This document shows positions 21,664 through 31,707 of a stretch of 64,000 nt of DNA, piece by piece. A model generated the notes under the pieces. That model made no database searches, was not told where the DNA came from, and saw only the letters and a list, made by a program, of their open reading frames with translations. Position 1 is the first letter of the stretch; each line of letters begins with the position of its first letter. Origin of the DNA: Methanothermococcus sp. Ax23 (GTDB taxonomy: Archaea; AGJL01; Methanococci; Methanococcales; Methanococcaceae); NCBI RefSeq assembly GCF_049075655.1, contig NZ_CP157522.1, positions 1,536,001 to 1,600,000 of the forward strand. The letters run 5' to 3'. The position numbers and the translations under genes are program-made.

Positions 21664-22218
21664 ATGAAGTCCAAAGGAATATTTGCACTACTGGCATCCC
21701 TTGCCTTGATGTGTGTTGGTGCGGTGTTTGCTATCAACACTTCAACATCCCCATCATTAGGCAACAGCACGGTATCAGCAGAAGAAGATGTGCAGTATCC
21801 AAACTACGTGGGAACTGTTAAAGCTCCCCAAACATCTGGAGATGAAACATCTGAAACGCAGGCATTGGCAAAATATGCTAAAATTACAGCTGAACAGGCA
21901 AAAAGTATAGCACTTTCAAAAGTATCTGGAAAAGTAGTTAATGTAGGGCTTGAAAATGAAAACGGGTATGTTGTATATTCGGTAGAAATCTCAACAATCA
22001 ATGGGATAAAAGATATTAAGGTAGATGCAGGGAATGGAAAAATATTAAATATTGACAGTTCAGACTCGCAGGAAACAGATAATGATAAAGAAGTAAATGA
22101 TGATGGAAAAGATGGAGATAAGGAAACAAACGACGATGCAGAATATAATGATAAAGAATTAAATGACGATAATACCCAAGATAAAGAAACAAACGATGAT
22201 GCTAATAATACTAACTAA
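21664..22218 (+). CDS. Secreted PepSY-domain protein with acidic DKE(T)NDD repeat tail
   Basis: Signal peptide; ITAEQAKSIALSKVSGKVVNVGLENENG..VYSVEI...VDAGNGKIL. Confidence 0.85.
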   Translation: MKSKGIFALLASLALMCVGAVFAINTSTSPSLGNSTVSAEEDVQYPNYVGTVKAPQTSGDETSETQALAKYAKITAEQAKSIALSKVSGKVVNVGLENENGYVVYSVEISTINGIKDIKVDAGNGKILNIDSSDSQETDNDKEVNDDGKDGDKETNDDAEYNDKELNDDNTQDKETNDDANNTN

Positions 22219-22333
22219 AAACATTGCTACTATTTTTAACATAATTTTATTTTTTTATCATAATTTTAACTGCATGTCATACCAAATTTAATTTTTTAAA
22301 ACACATATGGGGATAACCCCCAATATATAATTC

Positions 22334-22360
22334 TATTCGATTTTTGAACCAAAAAATATA
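22334..22360 (+). promoter_or_regulatory. Second copy of the putative operator/promoter motif, upstream of the PHP operon
   Basis: tattcgatttttgaaccaaaaaatata. Confidence 0.6.
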
Positions 22361-22426
22361 CTAAGTGTATTAAATAGACAATATTTTAAAATTAGAAAAA
22401 TTTAATTTATTCTGCACGGGGAAATT

Positions 22427-23323
22427 ATGAAAGCGGATTTACACATACACACAAAATATTCTGGAATTGGAGGATATTGGAAATTAAAATTTCCAGATTC
22501 CATAGAAGAGCCTAGAAATATTATGAAATATGCTAAAAAGAAGGATTTAAGTGTAATTGCAATTACAGACCACAATACTATAAGGGGCGGTTTGGAAACT
22601 AAAAAGTTCGAAAAAGAATTTGGAATCGATGTCGTCGTTGGAAGTGAGATAATAACAAAGGATGGAGAAATAATAGGATTGTATTTAAATGAGGAAATAC
22701 CGAAACACTTATCCGCTGAGGAAACCATTGAGAAAATTCACGAACAGGGCGGTTTGGCAATAGCTCCTCATCCATACAGTCCAATATGTAGTGCGTTGGG
22801 GGATAAAATCTTTAAACTAGACCTGGATGGTGTAGAGGCATTCAACGCATATCATAGAGATGGGATTATAAATAACTTTACCTTAAAAAAAATTAAACAA
22901 AATTTTTCTTCTACAAATAGTCATTCCAAATCTTTTGCATACATTGGAGGAAGTGATGCCCATATAGCTAGAATGGTGGGAAATGCATATACAATATTTA
23001 AAGGAGATTCCTCAGAAGAATTATATCATGCAATAATCAAAGGAGAAACATTTTTTTGGGGGAGCTCCACACCTTTATTGGATATCATACTTTGGAGTTA
23101 TAATATTGTTTATGCCTCTGAAAAAGAGTTAATAAAATCAATAATATTAAAAAATCCAACATTAAACATGAAATTAAACACAAAAATACTTGCAATAATT
23201 GGGGGGCTTACCTATCTATCCACACCTTTACCAATATTGGCAGGCTTATTTGGTAATTATTATTTAAAATATAAAGCGAAACATGAGGTTAAGGAACATC
23301 AAATATTGTATCATGAGGTGTAG
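22427..23323 (+). CDS. PHP-domain metal-dependent phosphoesterase
   Basis: DLHIHT, AITDHN, GSEI, APHPY, GGSDAH. Confidence 0.9.
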   Translation: MKADLHIHTKYSGIGGYWKLKFPDSIEEPRNIMKYAKKKDLSVIAITDHNTIRGGLETKKFEKEFGIDVVVGSEIITKDGEIIGLYLNEEIPKHLSAEETIEKIHEQGGLAIAPHPYSPICSALGDKIFKLDLDGVEAFNAYHRDGIINNFTLKKIKQNFSSTNSHSKSFAYIGGSDAHIARMVGNAYTIFKGDSSEELYHAIIKGETFFWGSSTPLLDIILWSYNIVYASEKELIKSIILKNPTLNMKLNTKILAIIGGLTYLSTPLPILAGLFGNYYLKYKAKHEVKEHQILYHEV

Positions 23324-23325
23324 AA

Positions 23326-23592
23326 ATGGACCTTGATGAAATTATAAGGCTTCTATCAAGTATTCTTGCATTAGGTATTTTTATCATCTCTACAATTGCC
23401 TACCATAGAGAACATAATAAAAAACTTCTTTTAGTTTCCGTGGCGTTCTTTTTTTATGCCGTAAAAGGATTTTTAAAAATTTCTGACTTAATTTTTCCTC
23501 AAAAAGGTGAATTTATAGATATCGTGGCAAATTTACTGGATTTTGTGATATTGCTATTGTTTTTTACTGCACTGGTTATAAAAAGTAGGTGA
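23326..23592 (+). CDS. Small membrane protein (about 3 TM helices)
   Basis: Hydrophobic 88-aa ORF tightly packed between the PHP and HTH genes. Confidence 0.7.
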   Translation: MDLDEIIRLLSSILALGIFIISTIAYHREHNKKLLLVSVAFFFYAVKGFLKISDLIFPQKGEFIDIVANLLDFVILLLFFTALVIKSR

Positions 23593-23595
23593 AGT

Positions 23596-24117
23596 ATGGA
23601 TGAGCTCTGTCTTGAAAGTAGAAAGAAAATATATAACTTGATAAAAAAATCTCCGGGAATACATTTTAGAGAAATTGAAAAAAGGTTAAATATGGCAGTT
23701 GGAAGCCTGCAATACCATCTTCACTATTTAGAAAAGAGAAATATTATAAGAAGCGAGCATTATGGGGATTATGTAAGATATTTCCCAAAAGACTGCCAGT
23801 TGGATGATACTGATAAAAAGATATTATCTTTTCTAAGGCGTAAAACTTCACGGCATATATTGCTGTATCTTTTAGAAAAACCTGCGAATCACAAGGAAAT
23901 ATCTGAAAATATAGGGCTATCCCCATCCACAATTTCATGGCATTTAAATAAACTGGTAGAAGCAGGAATTGTTGAAAAAACAAAAAAAGGACGAACTAGT
24001 CTATTTAAAGTTAATAATTCTGAACGAATAATTAATCTCTTGATAATATATAAAGAAAGTTTTTTTGATAAACTTGTTGATGGATTTGTGGAAATATGGG
24101 AGAATGCCGAATTATGA
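23596..24117 (+). CDS. Tandem winged-HTH (ArsR-like) transcriptional regulator
   Basis: PGIHFREIEKRLNMAVGSLQYHL and HKEISENIGLSPSTISWHLNKL. Confidence 0.85.
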   Translation: MDELCLESRKKIYNLIKKSPGIHFREIEKRLNMAVGSLQYHLHYLEKRNIIRSEHYGDYVRYFPKDCQLDDTDKKILSFLRRKTSRHILLYLLEKPANHKEISENIGLSPSTISWHLNKLVEAGIVEKTKKGRTSLFKVNNSERIINLLIIYKESFFDKLVDGFVEIWENAEL

Positions 24118-24186
24118 CATAATAACATTGCAATTAATCATAATCTGTATTCATTAAATAAAAATAAAAAAGAAATAAAATAAGCG

Positions 24187-25194
24187 GTGAGTTGTATGGA
24201 TTTATATCCGATAATGCAAAATATAGTAAATAATTATGGATATTTGGGAATTTTTTTGGTTTCATTTACAGAGGCATTTATCCAACCCATCCCACCAGAT
24301 ATTTTCATTATGGGAGCTCCCATGTTTGGATTGAGTCCAATATATTCTGCCATTGTGGCGTCAATTGGAACATTGTCTGGCGGATTATTTGGATATTTCC
24401 TTGGAGATAGGTTAGGACATCCTGCATTTTCAAGATTATTTGGAAAAAAATATTTAATAAAAGGAGAGCATTTTTTCGATAAATATGGATTTTGGGGAGT
24501 TTTTTTAGCTGGAATAACGCCCATTCCCTATAAAATCATAGCATGGTTGGCAGGAATTTTTGAAATGAATAAATCATTATTTGGTGCTGGAACATTTATT
24601 GGTAGGTTCCCAAGATTTTTGCTTGTGGCATATTTTGGATATGAGCTCAGAAATATTAATTTCTCATCATTGTGGGACATGAATATTCAATTATTTTACT
24701 TAATAAATTCGCATAACAATTGGATACTAGATAAATTCAACATATTGCTATCCCAAACCACATATATTGTAATTGGAATATTGACTCTTGCAATGTTTGT
24801 AAAATATAGAGATTTGGGCAAAAGAATTATAGTAGGTCTTGGAATTACCTTTTTAATAGTATTTCTATTAAAATTTGGAATCAACGAACCACGACCTTAT
24901 TTAAGCTTAGACGGAGTTCATTTACTATTAAATGAAGGAACCGAACCATCATTTCCAAGTAATCACACCACAATGAGCTTTGCATTATCTACAATGTTAT
25001 TTAAGTACCCAAACACAAAAAAGATTGGAATAATATTATTTATCTGGGCATTATTGGTTGGATACAGTAGGATATATACTGGTGTGCATTATCCATTTGA
25101 TGTGGCATTTGGTGCAATATTGGGGATTGCATGCGGTTGGTTTGTTATGAACTTTGAAAATATGAAGGATTATTTATTTAAGATTTTTAAGTGA
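24187..25194 (+). CDS. DedA/VTT (YqaA-like) - PAP2 phosphatase fusion membrane protein
   Basis: [12 protein letters not shown] and TPIPYK (DedA-like); [28 protein letters not shown] (PAP2). Confidence 0.88.
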   Translation: MSCMDLYPIMQNIVNNYGYLGIFLVSFTEAFIQPIPPDIFIMGAPMFGLSPIYSAIVASIGTLSGGLFGYFLGDRLGHPAFSRLFGKKYLIKGEHFFDKYGFWGVFLAGITPIPYKIIAWLAGIFEMNKSLFGAGTFIGRFPRFLLVAYFGYELRNINFSSLWDMNIQLFYLINSHNNWILDKFNILLSQTTYIVIGILTLAMFVKYRDLGKRIIVGLGITFLIVFLLKFGINEPRPYLSLDGVHLLLNEGTEPSFPSNHTTMSFALSTMLFKYPNTKKIGIILFIWALLVGYSRIYTGVHYPFDVAFGAILGIACGWFVMNFENMKDYLFKIFK

Positions 25195-25542
25195 TTATGA
25201 CGCAACCATTTGAGCTCCTGCTCTTTTAATCTTCAATGGCATTTTTATTTTTATTTCTTTTTCTTTTGATAAATTAAGGAGATTTGGTATTACTTCTATA
25301 ATATTATTCAATATTTTAAGAGATACCTCTTCTGGGACTTCATTAAACTTACTGTTTAATATCTTTCCCTTCACCGATATTTTAAATGGAAATTCCCCAT
25401 CAGTTTTCAAGCTGCATTTGTACTCAAATCCATCCTCTTTTTTACTATATTCTATATTCCAGTCCGTATCTAATTCCAATTCTGCCCCTTTTGGATTTTT
25501 TTCAGGTCGTTTTATACAGAGCTCCGATATTGTTAATATCAT
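25195..25542 (-). CDS. Hypothetical protein
   Basis: 115-aa ORF with GGTGA RBS. Confidence 0.6.
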   Translation of the reverse strand: MILTISELCIKRPEKNPKGAELELDTDWNIEYSKKEDGFEYKCSLKTDGEFPFKISVKGKILNSKFNEVPEEVSLKILNNIIEVIPNLLNLSKEKEIKIKMPLKIKRAGAQMVAS

Positions 25543-25637
25543 AATATCACCAAAAAATTTATAAATTTTAAGTAATATTATTATGCAATTAAGTATATAT
25601 AATTTATGATTTAATGTAATAATAGTATTACTAAATA

Positions 25638-26855
25638 ATGATTAATATTGGTTGTGATAATATGAATAATATGAATTGTAATGCAATAAAACATGATAAA
25701 TACGATAAACTCGTTTGGAATGAAAATAAGCACAAACTACCCTATCGTGCCCAATACTTGGATGAAAGTAGAATAGAAGATATATTTTATCTGTTTTTTA
25801 AATATCATGTGGAGGTTGTAAAACATGACTCCATTATAGACTCCATTATGAATAACAGGCATTACAAAAATATTAAGGTCATTACCAGTTTAGATGAGTC
25901 CTATTCAGTTATTGCCACATCTTACTTTTCTGAAAAATTCGATAAAAAAAAGAAAGAAGAAAAAGAAGATTATAGCGAAAACATGGTAAATGATATAAGC
26001 GATATTATGGAGGAGCTCGGTAGTTATATGGAGAATATCTCGTCATCAATAAATACCATCTGCGGCAAAGGTAATGGGGTAAAAAGCTATACAAATCCGA
26101 AGAAAAAAATGGAATTAGCAGAGGAGCTTTTAAAAAATAGGCAGTTAAATGAATTTATAGAAAAATTGGGGAAATTTAAAAGGATGGCATTGAGAAAGCA
26201 AAAAACAAAAATAAAACACTTCAATGGAGAGAAACACGATATAAAATATGGCAGTGATTTATCAAAATTGCTTATAACTGAGGTAAAAAACCTATCTGAT
26301 GAAGGTTTATATGTCGATTTTTTAAAAAGATTTTCAGAGCATAAATTGTTAAATTACGAGATTTTAAATCATGAAGATACCAAAGGAGATTTTATCGTAT
26401 GTTTGGATTTAAGCGGTTCTATGAGGGGAGCAAAAGAAATCTGGGCTAAGGCAATTGCATTATCCCTGTTGGAAATTCAGCTAAGGGATAAAAAAAGATT
26501 TATCTGTATATTATTTGATGATGATGTCCGAGAAATAAGAATATTTGATAAAAAACCATGTTCAGAGGATATTATTGAATTTGCTTCTATATTTTTTGGA
26601 GGAGGAACAAATTTCGAGAAGCCCCTTAAAAAGGCATTGGATTTCAATGGAGACATTGTATTTATAACTGATGGAGAGTGCGACATGCACTGGCAATTCC
26701 TTGAATATGTGGAAGAAGTTAAAAAAGGAAAAATCTTCACATTCTGTATAAACATAAGGCCTACTGTAAGTTTAAAAAAGATATCTGATAAAGTAATTAC
26801 AATTCATCAACTAACTTCAAGAGGAGCAGAAGAGTTATTTGATACTGTCATTTAG
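25638..26855 (+). CDS. ViaA-like VWA-domain protein
   Basis: MIDAS motif DLSGSM, GGGTNF, FITDG; usual partner of RavA-type ATPases. Confidence 0.88.
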   Translation: MINIGCDNMNNMNCNAIKHDKYDKLVWNENKHKLPYRAQYLDESRIEDIFYLFFKYHVEVVKHDSIIDSIMNNRHYKNIKVITSLDESYSVIATSYFSEKFDKKKKEEKEDYSENMVNDISDIMEELGSYMENISSSINTICGKGNGVKSYTNPKKKMELAEELLKNRQLNEFIEKLGKFKRMALRKQKTKIKHFNGEKHDIKYGSDLSKLLITEVKNLSDEGLYVDFLKRFSEHKLLNYEILNHEDTKGDFIVCLDLSGSMRGAKEIWAKAIALSLLEIQLRDKKRFICILFDDDVREIRIFDKKPCSEDIIEFASIFFGGGTNFEKPLKKALDFNGDIVFITDGECDMHWQFLEYVEEVKKGKIFTFCINIRPTVSLKKISDKVITIHQLTSRGAEELFDTVI

Positions 26856-26870
26856 ATGCGGTAGCATGCA

Positions 26871-27635
26871 CTAAATTTTAATATGATTTACAATATAATT
26901 TACCAAATCATCTATTTTATCAAACTTTAATGGATAGTTCATTTTAGGCCTTTCCACGATTATTGGAGTTGCATTTGCTTCAATAGCTCCCATTACCTTC
27001 TCATTTAGTCCGCCGCTGTTTCCGCTGTCCTTTGTAATTATTACATCGCAGTTATAATCCATTATTAAATATTTATTCAACTCTTTTGAAAATATTCCCT
27101 GCATGCTTATTATATTTTTTGAGGGCAATATATTCAAGGCATCATTTATAGATACTGGAAGCACCCTTGCTATTAATCTATCTTTACCAATTATTTCAGC
27201 AACATTTTTTAAGTTTTTTATGCCTGCCAAATACATTATATTTTTTTTACTCAGTTCAAGAGCTCTCACTGATGCCTCTTCAAAATCTTTAACATATATG
27301 GCATTTTCATAAATCTTTTGAGGTCGTTCATATCTAATGTATGGAATATTTAAATCTTTTGAAACTTGTAGAGCTCTCTTGGTGGCATTTACTGCAAATG
27401 GATGTGTGGCATCTATTAGGATAGATATATTATTGTTTTTAATTATATCTTCAAGAGTTTCATTGTTATCTTGCCTTGAAATTACTTTATTTGAATGTTC
27501 TTTTGCCAATTCACTGCCGTAATTTGTGGTTGTTGTGGTTATTGTATAGATACCATCTATTTTTTTTAATCCTTCTGCTATTTTGTTTGCGTCGCTTGTT
27601 CCTCCCATTATAAGAATATTTACAATATCTTGCAT
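26871..27635 (-). CDS. cbiJ: Cobalt-precorrin-6A reductase
   Basis: GGTSDA, IDATHPFA, RYERP, ITKDSG. Confidence 0.92.
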   Translation of the reverse strand: MQDIVNILIMGGTSDANKIAEGLKKIDGIYTITTTTTNYGSELAKEHSNKVISRQDNNETLEDIIKNNNISILIDATHPFAVNATKRALQVSKDLNIPYIRYERPQKIYENAIYVKDFEEASVRALELSKKNIMYLAGIKNLKNVAEIIGKDRLIARVLPVSINDALNILPSKNIISMQGIFSKELNKYLIMDYNCDVIITKDSGNSGGLNEKVMGAIEANATPIIVERPKMNYPLKFDKIDDLVNYIVNHIKI

Positions 27636-27798
27636 GAGCTCACCAAATTAATTTTTCTAAAAAAGATACTAATGTTAAATTATAAATAATGTTGATAAAA
27701 TAGAGCTCGTTGGAATATATTGGTGTCATGGGATACAATTAAAAATGTAAAATTAATATTAGATAAAATTATATAAAAAAGAAAAATTTATATTTTAA

Positions 27799-29949
27799 TT
27801 AATTATAGTATTTTCCGTTTACCCATGAATTGCTTATAACTATGTGCCCACTGTTTATTAATTCATCCAAATTATTTCCTGATAGTGTTTTAATATTTGA
27901 GTTTTTGATTGATATTTTACCGTTTTTAAGTTCCGTATATTTGAGTGTAGATACATTACAATTTTCAATATCTATTGTTGAGCCCCAATCTGGTAATGAA
28001 CCAATATCTAAACTGTCAATGTTTGAATTTTTTATCGTTGCATGACCTGAGTTTGAGACTCCTTTTATATTAACTGTTGATAGTGTGGAATCTTCAATCT
28101 CAACTCCATTCCAATTACATACAATTCCTGTTTTCACTGAACTTCCTAATGCCTCATCAATGTACAATTTTCCACCGCTTGTTATATCCCCTACATCAAC
28201 GGAAATTAGACCGAGGACACCTTCGATAGTTATATCTGCATTAACATTTCCATTAACAGTTAATTTTTCAAGTTTGCATCCATCTTCAACATATATTTTT
28301 CCATTATATCCTGTTGAACCTAGTATATTTATTTCCTTTAGGGAACTTCCATCTTTGACTTCAATATCACTACCACTTAATTCATTAGCTTCTAAGTAGT
28401 TTAAACTTGAAGAGTGTTCCAATAGTATTTTTGGATTTCCAGTTAATTTGTTAATTTTTATGCTGTTTATTGCCGTATTTTCAAAGTTAATTTCTGGACC
28501 TCCATCCATATTATTTATTACAATATCTCCAATTACTACATTTTTGAATTTCGGTTTTCCACCACCTACGATATTTCCAAGGTTCATGCTGGTTATTCTT
28601 CCACTTTCAAAGATTGTTTCTGCACCTCCTCCAAAATCACCACTATCGGTTTCAAATGTCCCTATGGAGAAGTTTTCAAACTTTAAATTTGCCCTTCCTG
28701 TTATTTTATTTACATAAAATGTTCCAATATCTGAATTATATATATTAAGATGAACTCCACCTCCAATTTCGGAAGCTCCTCCTTTTTTTCTTATAGTAAA
28801 TGTATCAATTTCAGGAACATCTATATCTAATTCACTACTGCCGTCAAGATAAGCCTGCAAGGATTCTATTTTTTGGAGATTTCCTAATTTATATTTTGCA
28901 CTTCCTGTTACATATATATCCCCATACACTGTGCCATTTGCATTATACTCATAATCCGAATACCCATTTGTTTTTAGTGAAATATCGCCTGATACAAACT
29001 CTGCGTCATCTGCATCTATCATGTCTTTTGTCAATACGCCTTCTGTATCTCCGGATAATTCTATATATAAATTACCAGCTCCGTTTGCATTGTTATTGCC
29101 CTGAACAGATATATTTACACCAATATCTACTGAAATATCATTATTGCTCTCATTTGATTCATTTACTACATTATAATAATCTACAACAGCTTTGAGTGTA
29201 TGATTTTCAATGGTGCGGTCCTTACCCTGATATTTATTTTGTTGTTGATTTTTGTTATTATTGCCATTATTTTGATATTGTTGCTGGTTTCCTCCTCTTG
29301 AAGTTTTAAGTTCATATTCAAAAGTAGCATACCACTGATTATCACCATCTTTTTGAGCAGTAACCTCATCAACCCATTTACCATTATCATATAGTGCTAC
29401 TTTAAAGTTCTTTGATACATTTCCAGCACCAATATTTTCAATATCCACACGTATTATTATATTGGCGTTGTTGTTCAAATGACCTCCTTTGTGTCTAAAC
29501 TGATTTGTTGATTGCTGATTATTTCCATTATTTTGAACATTTTCCCTATAACAGTGTCCTATTTCAGTTCCGTTTGAATATTTGACAACCATACTATTTG
29601 GAACCAAGTCAGGGAGAACATTTGTATTGTTGTTAGAATCTGACGTCTCACTATTGTTATTGGTATCGCCAGTATTATTATCATTAGTAGTAGTTGGTGA
29701 GCTCACATTCTCATTTTTAATTTTGGTATCGCCAGTATTATTATCATTAGTAGTAGTTGGTGAGCTCACATTCTCATTTTTAATAAATCCACTGAATGAT
29801 ATTTCTTTTATTCCTTCAACTTGAGTATTTTTAAAGCTTGGATTCTTAACCATTTCCAAACTTACAACAGTTCCTCCAAGAACCACGGCAAAAATTAATA
29901 ACATTAATTCAAGGGATAGCTGCCCTTTTTTGTGAAATATATTTGACAT
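27799..29949 (-). CDS. Large class III signal peptide (type IV pilin-like) surface protein with CARDB-like and repetitive beta domains
   Basis: KKGQLSLELMLL prepilin site; LPDLVP...IENIGAG...VVDYYNVVNESNESNN CARDB pattern; Gly/Ile/Asn-rich repetitive C-terminal half. Confidence 0.8.
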   Translation of the reverse strand: MSNIFHKKGQLSLELMLLIFAVVLGGTVVSLEMVKNPSFKNTQVEGIKEISFSGFIKNENVSSPTTTNDNNTGDTKIKNENVSSPTTTNDNNTGDTNNNSETSDSNNNTNVLPDLVPNSMVVKYSNGTEIGHCYRENVQNNGNNQQSTNQFRHKGGHLNNNANIIIRVDIENIGAGNVSKNFKVALYDNGKWVDEVTAQKDGDNQWYATFEYELKTSRGGNQQQYQNNGNNNKNQQQNKYQGKDRTIENHTLKAVVDYYNVVNESNESNNDISVDIGVNISVQGNNNANGAGNLYIELSGDTEGVLTKDMIDADDAEFVSGDISLKTNGYSDYEYNANGTVYGDIYVTGSAKYKLGNLQKIESLQAYLDGSSELDIDVPEIDTFTIRKKGGASEIGGGVHLNIYNSDIGTFYVNKITGRANLKFENFSIGTFETDSGDFGGGAETIFESGRITSMNLGNIVGGGKPKFKNVVIGDIVINNMDGGPEINFENTAINSIKINKLTGNPKILLEHSSSLNYLEANELSGSDIEVKDGSSLKEINILGSTGYNGKIYVEDGCKLEKLTVNGNVNADITIEGVLGLISVDVGDITSGGKLYIDEALGSSVKTGIVCNWNGVEIEDSTLSTVNIKGVSNSGHATIKNSNIDSLDIGSLPDWGSTIDIENCNVSTLKYTELKNGKISIKNSNIKTLSGNNLDELINSGHIVISNSWVNGKYYN
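29660..29784. repeat. Exact 63-bp in-frame tandem duplication (21 aa)
   Basis: IKNENVSSPTTTNDNNTGDT occurs twice; DNA copies start at 29661 and 29724. Confidence 0.92.
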
Positions 29950-30049
29950 AATACCACCATATATAAAAAGTATAACCATTATAATTTATGTGTTGCATGA
30001 TATTTATATCTTGTCATAACGATGAATATAACTTATAGCAGGTGATATT

Positions 30050-31675
30050 TTGACTAATAACTTAGATGAAAAACTTGTTGAGATTTTGAGCATACTTTCA
30101 GAATATGATGAACCAGTTGGTGCCAAAACCATAGCAAACGAACTTAAAAGACGAGGTTATGAGATAGGGGAACGAGCAGTGAGATATCATCTTCAATTAT
30201 TAGATGAAAAAAACCTCACTGAAAAATTTGGATATTCTGGAAGAACCATTACTGAAAAAGGATTGGAAGAACTCAGTAAAGCAAATATATCATATAGAAT
30301 TGGCTCAGTATTTTCTCAAATAATGGAGAAACTTTATTTATCAAATTTCCCAACGAAGGTGATTATAAATAAAACTGTCTTTGAAGGAGATTATGAAATG
30401 ATAAGAGATTTGGTATTAAAAGTAATAGATAATGGATTCTCCATTGGCGATTATGTAAATATTAAAAAAGACAGTGAAAATCCGAACTTAATAAACATTG
30501 AAACATTATGTTCAATTACATTTGACAATTTTTTGTTAAAAAATGGCATACTTTCAATGCCAAAATATGGAGGTATTGTTAAATTTGAAGACTACGAACC
30601 GGTTTATTTTGAAGGAGTAATAGATTTTAGGAAATCATCCATAGACCCCTTAGAGGCATTTATTACTAGGGGAAAAACTGATGTATTGGGGATAATTGAA
30701 AATGGAGAAGGATATTTACCTGCCAATTTTAGAATAATTCCGAGCTCCATAATGGAAAAATTTGAGAACCTTTTAAAAAGAGATTTATTAAACGGTGTTT
30801 TAAGTTATGGTGAGGACAATGTATTGGGGCTCAGTTTAAACGAAGGAGAGATTGGTGTTGCCCTTGTTGGTGGTTTATCCCCAATATGTCCTGCTGTTGA
30901 AGATGGTTATCCTGTAAGAATTAATGCAGCCACAACCTTAAAGGATTTGTCCCTTATGGAAAAAAGAAATAAAAAATACCTGCATCCAATAAATAAGAGA
31001 GGGAAAGTTAAAATAATGCCTGTTTTATCAAAGATGCTGTCCATGCTGCATAATGTAAATTACGACATGGAAAGTGAAAAGGGAAATGTGCTTGTGAATA
31101 CCGGCTATGTTAATAAAAAATATGAAGATGAGGTTTTAGATGCGTTAAAAGAATGCTATGAAGCTAAAACAATAATATCCGATAGAATTGGAATAGAAAG
31201 AGCAGGCAATCAGATAGTAATAAACACATTATGTTCATCAACCATAGATGGTATTTTCGTAAAATACGGTGTTCCAATTATACCATATTACGGTGGTGTT
31301 TTGGAGCTCGGCAAAAATAGATTCATTGATATAATTTCCTATGAAGGAACATCATTGGACCCTCATGAAGTATTTTTTAACAGAGTCGATGGCGAAAAAA
31401 CAATTTTGTCGGGAGTAAGAAAAGTCCCAATGGCAGCAAGAGAAAGTTTAATTAACATCGCTGAAAAACTTAATTGGACGGGGATACTTGAAGTAGGAAA
31501 ACCAAACAATGATATTTGTGGAATAAAAGTTGAAAAAGGCATGTTTGGATTTGTAAGTATTGGTGGGATAAACCCATTTGTTATAATAAAAAATAAAGGC
31601 ATTCCTATTGAAATTGCAGCACTTCATGATATGAAAGAATATTCAGAATTAGTTCCATTGGAAGAATTATATTAA
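30050..31675 (+). CDS. nrpR: Global nitrogen regulator NrpR
   Basis: N-terminal wHTH (GERAVRYHL) plus two repeated NRD domains (TLCS..DG, GG, S.DP.E.F, GG..P). Confidence 0.9.
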   Translation: MTNNLDEKLVEILSILSEYDEPVGAKTIANELKRRGYEIGERAVRYHLQLLDEKNLTEKFGYSGRTITEKGLEELSKANISYRIGSVFSQIMEKLYLSNFPTKVIINKTVFEGDYEMIRDLVLKVIDNGFSIGDYVNIKKDSENPNLINIETLCSITFDNFLLKNGILSMPKYGGIVKFEDYEPVYFEGVIDFRKSSIDPLEAFITRGKTDVLGIIENGEGYLPANFRIIPSSIMEKFENLLKRDLLNGVLSYGEDNVLGLSLNEGEIGVALVGGLSPICPAVEDGYPVRINAATTLKDLSLMEKRNKKYLHPINKRGKVKIMPVLSKMLSMLHNVNYDMESEKGNVLVNTGYVNKKYEDEVLDALKECYEAKTIISDRIGIERAGNQIVINTLCSSTIDGIFVKYGVPIIPYYGGVLELGKNRFIDIISYEGTSLDPHEVFFNRVDGEKTILSGVRKVPMAARESLINIAEKLNWTGILEVGKPNNDICGIKVEKGMFGFVSIGGINPFVIIKNKGIPIEIAALHDMKEYSELVPLEELY

Positions 31676-31707
31676 ATAAATTTTTTTATTAAAATTTTAA
31701 AGATTTT

